A program made the position numbers and the translations under genes. Positions 62,852 to 64,000 of a DNA stretch of 64,000 bases are shown in pieces. The notes beneath the pieces are model-generated. The model ran no database searches, had not been told where the DNA came from, and worked only from the letters and a program-made list of their open reading frames with translations. Position 1 is the first letter of the stretch; every line of letters begins with the position of its first letter. This DNA comes from Burkholderiales bacterium (GTDB lineage: Bacteria; Pseudomonadota; Gammaproteobacteria; Burkholderiales; SG8-39): contig DASVFV010000116.1 of NCBI GenBank assembly GCA_036379875.1, forward strand, positions 9,933 through 73,932, read 5' to 3'.

Positions 62852-64000
62852 ATGCGACGCCACCAATCGATCTGGGCAGCCACTGCCGCGCTGCCGCAAT
62901 TCGTTTCCCTCGGCCAGAACGTGCACGTCGATGTGTGCGTCGTCGGCGCCGGCATCGCCGGCCTGACCACCGCCTACCTGCTCGCGCGCGCCGGCAAGCG
63001 CGTGGCGGTGCTCGACGACGGCCCCGTGGCGGGCGGCATGACGCAGATGACGAGCGCGCACCTCACCAACGCGTTCGACGACCGCTACGCCGAGGTGGAG
63101 AAGCTGCACGGCCGCGAAGGCGCGCGCCTCGCCGCCGACAGCCACACCGCGGCGATCGACCGCATCGAGACCATCGTGCGCCAGGAAGGCATCGACTGCG
63201 AGTTCTCGCGCGTGGACGGGTACCTCTTCCTCGCCGAGGGCGACAAGCGCGAGACCCTCGAGCAGGAGCTCGAGGCCGCGCACCGCGCCGGGCTGCGCGC
63301 GGTCGAGCTCGTCGAGCGCGCGCCCTTCGCCTCGTTCGACAGCGGGCCGTGCCTGCGCTTCCCGAACCAGGCGCAGTTCCATCCGCTCAAGTACCTCGCG
63401 GGCCTCGCGCAGGCGATCCACCACGAAGGCAGCCGCATCTTCACCGGCTCGCACGCCGACCATATCGAAGGCGGCGTGCCGGCGCTGGTGCATGCCGGCC
63501 GCCACGTGGTAACCGCCGACGCGGTGGTCGTCGCGACCAATGTGCCGGTCAACGACCGCGTGGCGATCCACACCAAGCAGGCGCCCTACATGACCTACGT
63601 GATCGGCGCGCGCATCCCGGCGAACGCGGTGCCGCCGCTGCTGAGCTGGGACACCGGCGACCCGTACCACTACATCCGCACGTACCACGATCTGCTGATC
63701 GTCGGCGGCGAGGACCACAAGACCGGCCAGGCGAGCGACAGCCCGCAGCGCTATGCGCGGCTGGAAAGCTGGGCGCGCGAGCGCTTCCCGATGATGGGCG
63801 AGGTCGAGCTGGCGTGGGGCGGCCAGGTGATGGAGACGCAGGACTACCTCTCGTTCACCGGGCGCAACCCGCTCGACCACGACAATGTCTTCGTGCACAC
63901 CGGCGACTCGGGCATGGGCCTCACGCACGGCACCATCGCCGGCATGCTGATCTCCGACCTGATCCTCGGCCGCGCCAACCCGTGGGCCAAGCTCTACGAC
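62852..64000 (+). CDS. FAD-dependent oxidoreductase (DAO family), 5' part, runs off window end
   Basis: The ATG at 62852 opens a frame that stays open to nt 64000 (383 codons), so it is absent from the ORF track. Hand translation reads MRRHQSIWAATAALPQF...VDVCVVGAGIAGLTTAYLLARAGKRVAVLDD...DLLIVGGEDHKTG...HTGDSGMGLTHGT. The listed minus ORF 62798..63928 is its antisense shadow. Confidence 0.75.
   Translation, partial: MRRHQSIWAATAALPQFVSLGQNVHVDVCVVGAGIAGLTTAYLLARAGKRVAVLDDGPVAGGMTQMTSAHLTNAFDDRYAEVEKLHGREGARLAADSHTAAIDRIETIVRQEGIDCEFSRVDGYLFLAEGDKRETLEQELEAAHRAGLRAVELVERAPFASFDSGPCLRFPNQAQFHPLKYLAGLAQAIHHEGSRIFTGSHADHIEGGVPALVHAGRHVVTADAVVVATNVPVNDRVAIHTKQAPYMTYVIGARIPANAVPPLLSWDTGDPYHYIRTYHDLLIVGGEDHKTGQASDSPQRYARLESWARERFPMMGEVELAWGGQVMETQDYLSFTGRNPLDHDNVFVHTGDSGMGLTHGTIAGMLISDLILGRANPWAKLYD

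Overview
The window is 64 kb of gene-dense, high-GC (about 68-70% by eye) proteobacterial chromosome. Gene content looks betaproteobacterial or Burkholderiales-like, but that is an inference. I found no rRNA, tRNA, CRISPR array, prophage or recognisable defence island. About 75 CDSs can be supported.

Gene content, in order:
- parE 5' fragment.
- A sugar-type ABC importer.
- A small REP/RAYT island (5.86-8.55 kb).
- mmsA.
- A Liv-type ABC importer split across two divergent operons.
- mnmC, an lldD-like gene and an IclR regulator.
- An orphan EgtD-like methyltransferase.
- A PBP7-like endopeptidase.
- An Atm1-type exporter.
- A haem-c/HAMP sensor followed by a Ser/Thr kinase.
- A TetR-fadE-thiolase-fadB-thioesterase beta-oxidation operon.
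- kynA-kynU.
- A phosphotransferase / ACAD10/11-like dehydrogenase / FAD-oxidoreductase operon.
- dtd.
- A TAXI-TRAP transporter.
- A LysR locus.
- A Nudix-MBL fusion.
- gor, and a partial FAD oxidoreductase at the 3' edge.

Best candidates for a second look:
1. An output-less CXXCH/HAMP membrane sensor lies 1 nt upstream of an input-less Hanks kinase that carries a tandem C-terminal repeat.
2. An ABC-type ATPase lacks the helical subdomain and the LSGGQ signature. It is translationally coupled to LivM/G/F-like genes and a cupin, in a transporter whose LivH-like and SBP genes sit in the opposite operon.
3. A strongly translated small protein with a Lys/Arg-rich tail heads the TAXI-TRAP operon.
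4. A RAYT gene is flanked by inverted REPs and several REPIN doublets. Its neighbours look degenerate: a hydrolase without a nucleophile or canonical start, and a protease-like protein without the catalytic Ser.
5. Very short divergent spacers (0-36 bp) carry -10-like hexamers 5-9 nt from start codons, which suggests leaderless mRNAs.

Two further dispersed hairpin-repeat families sit between convergent genes. All functional calls rest on motif recognition by eye. No database search was run.
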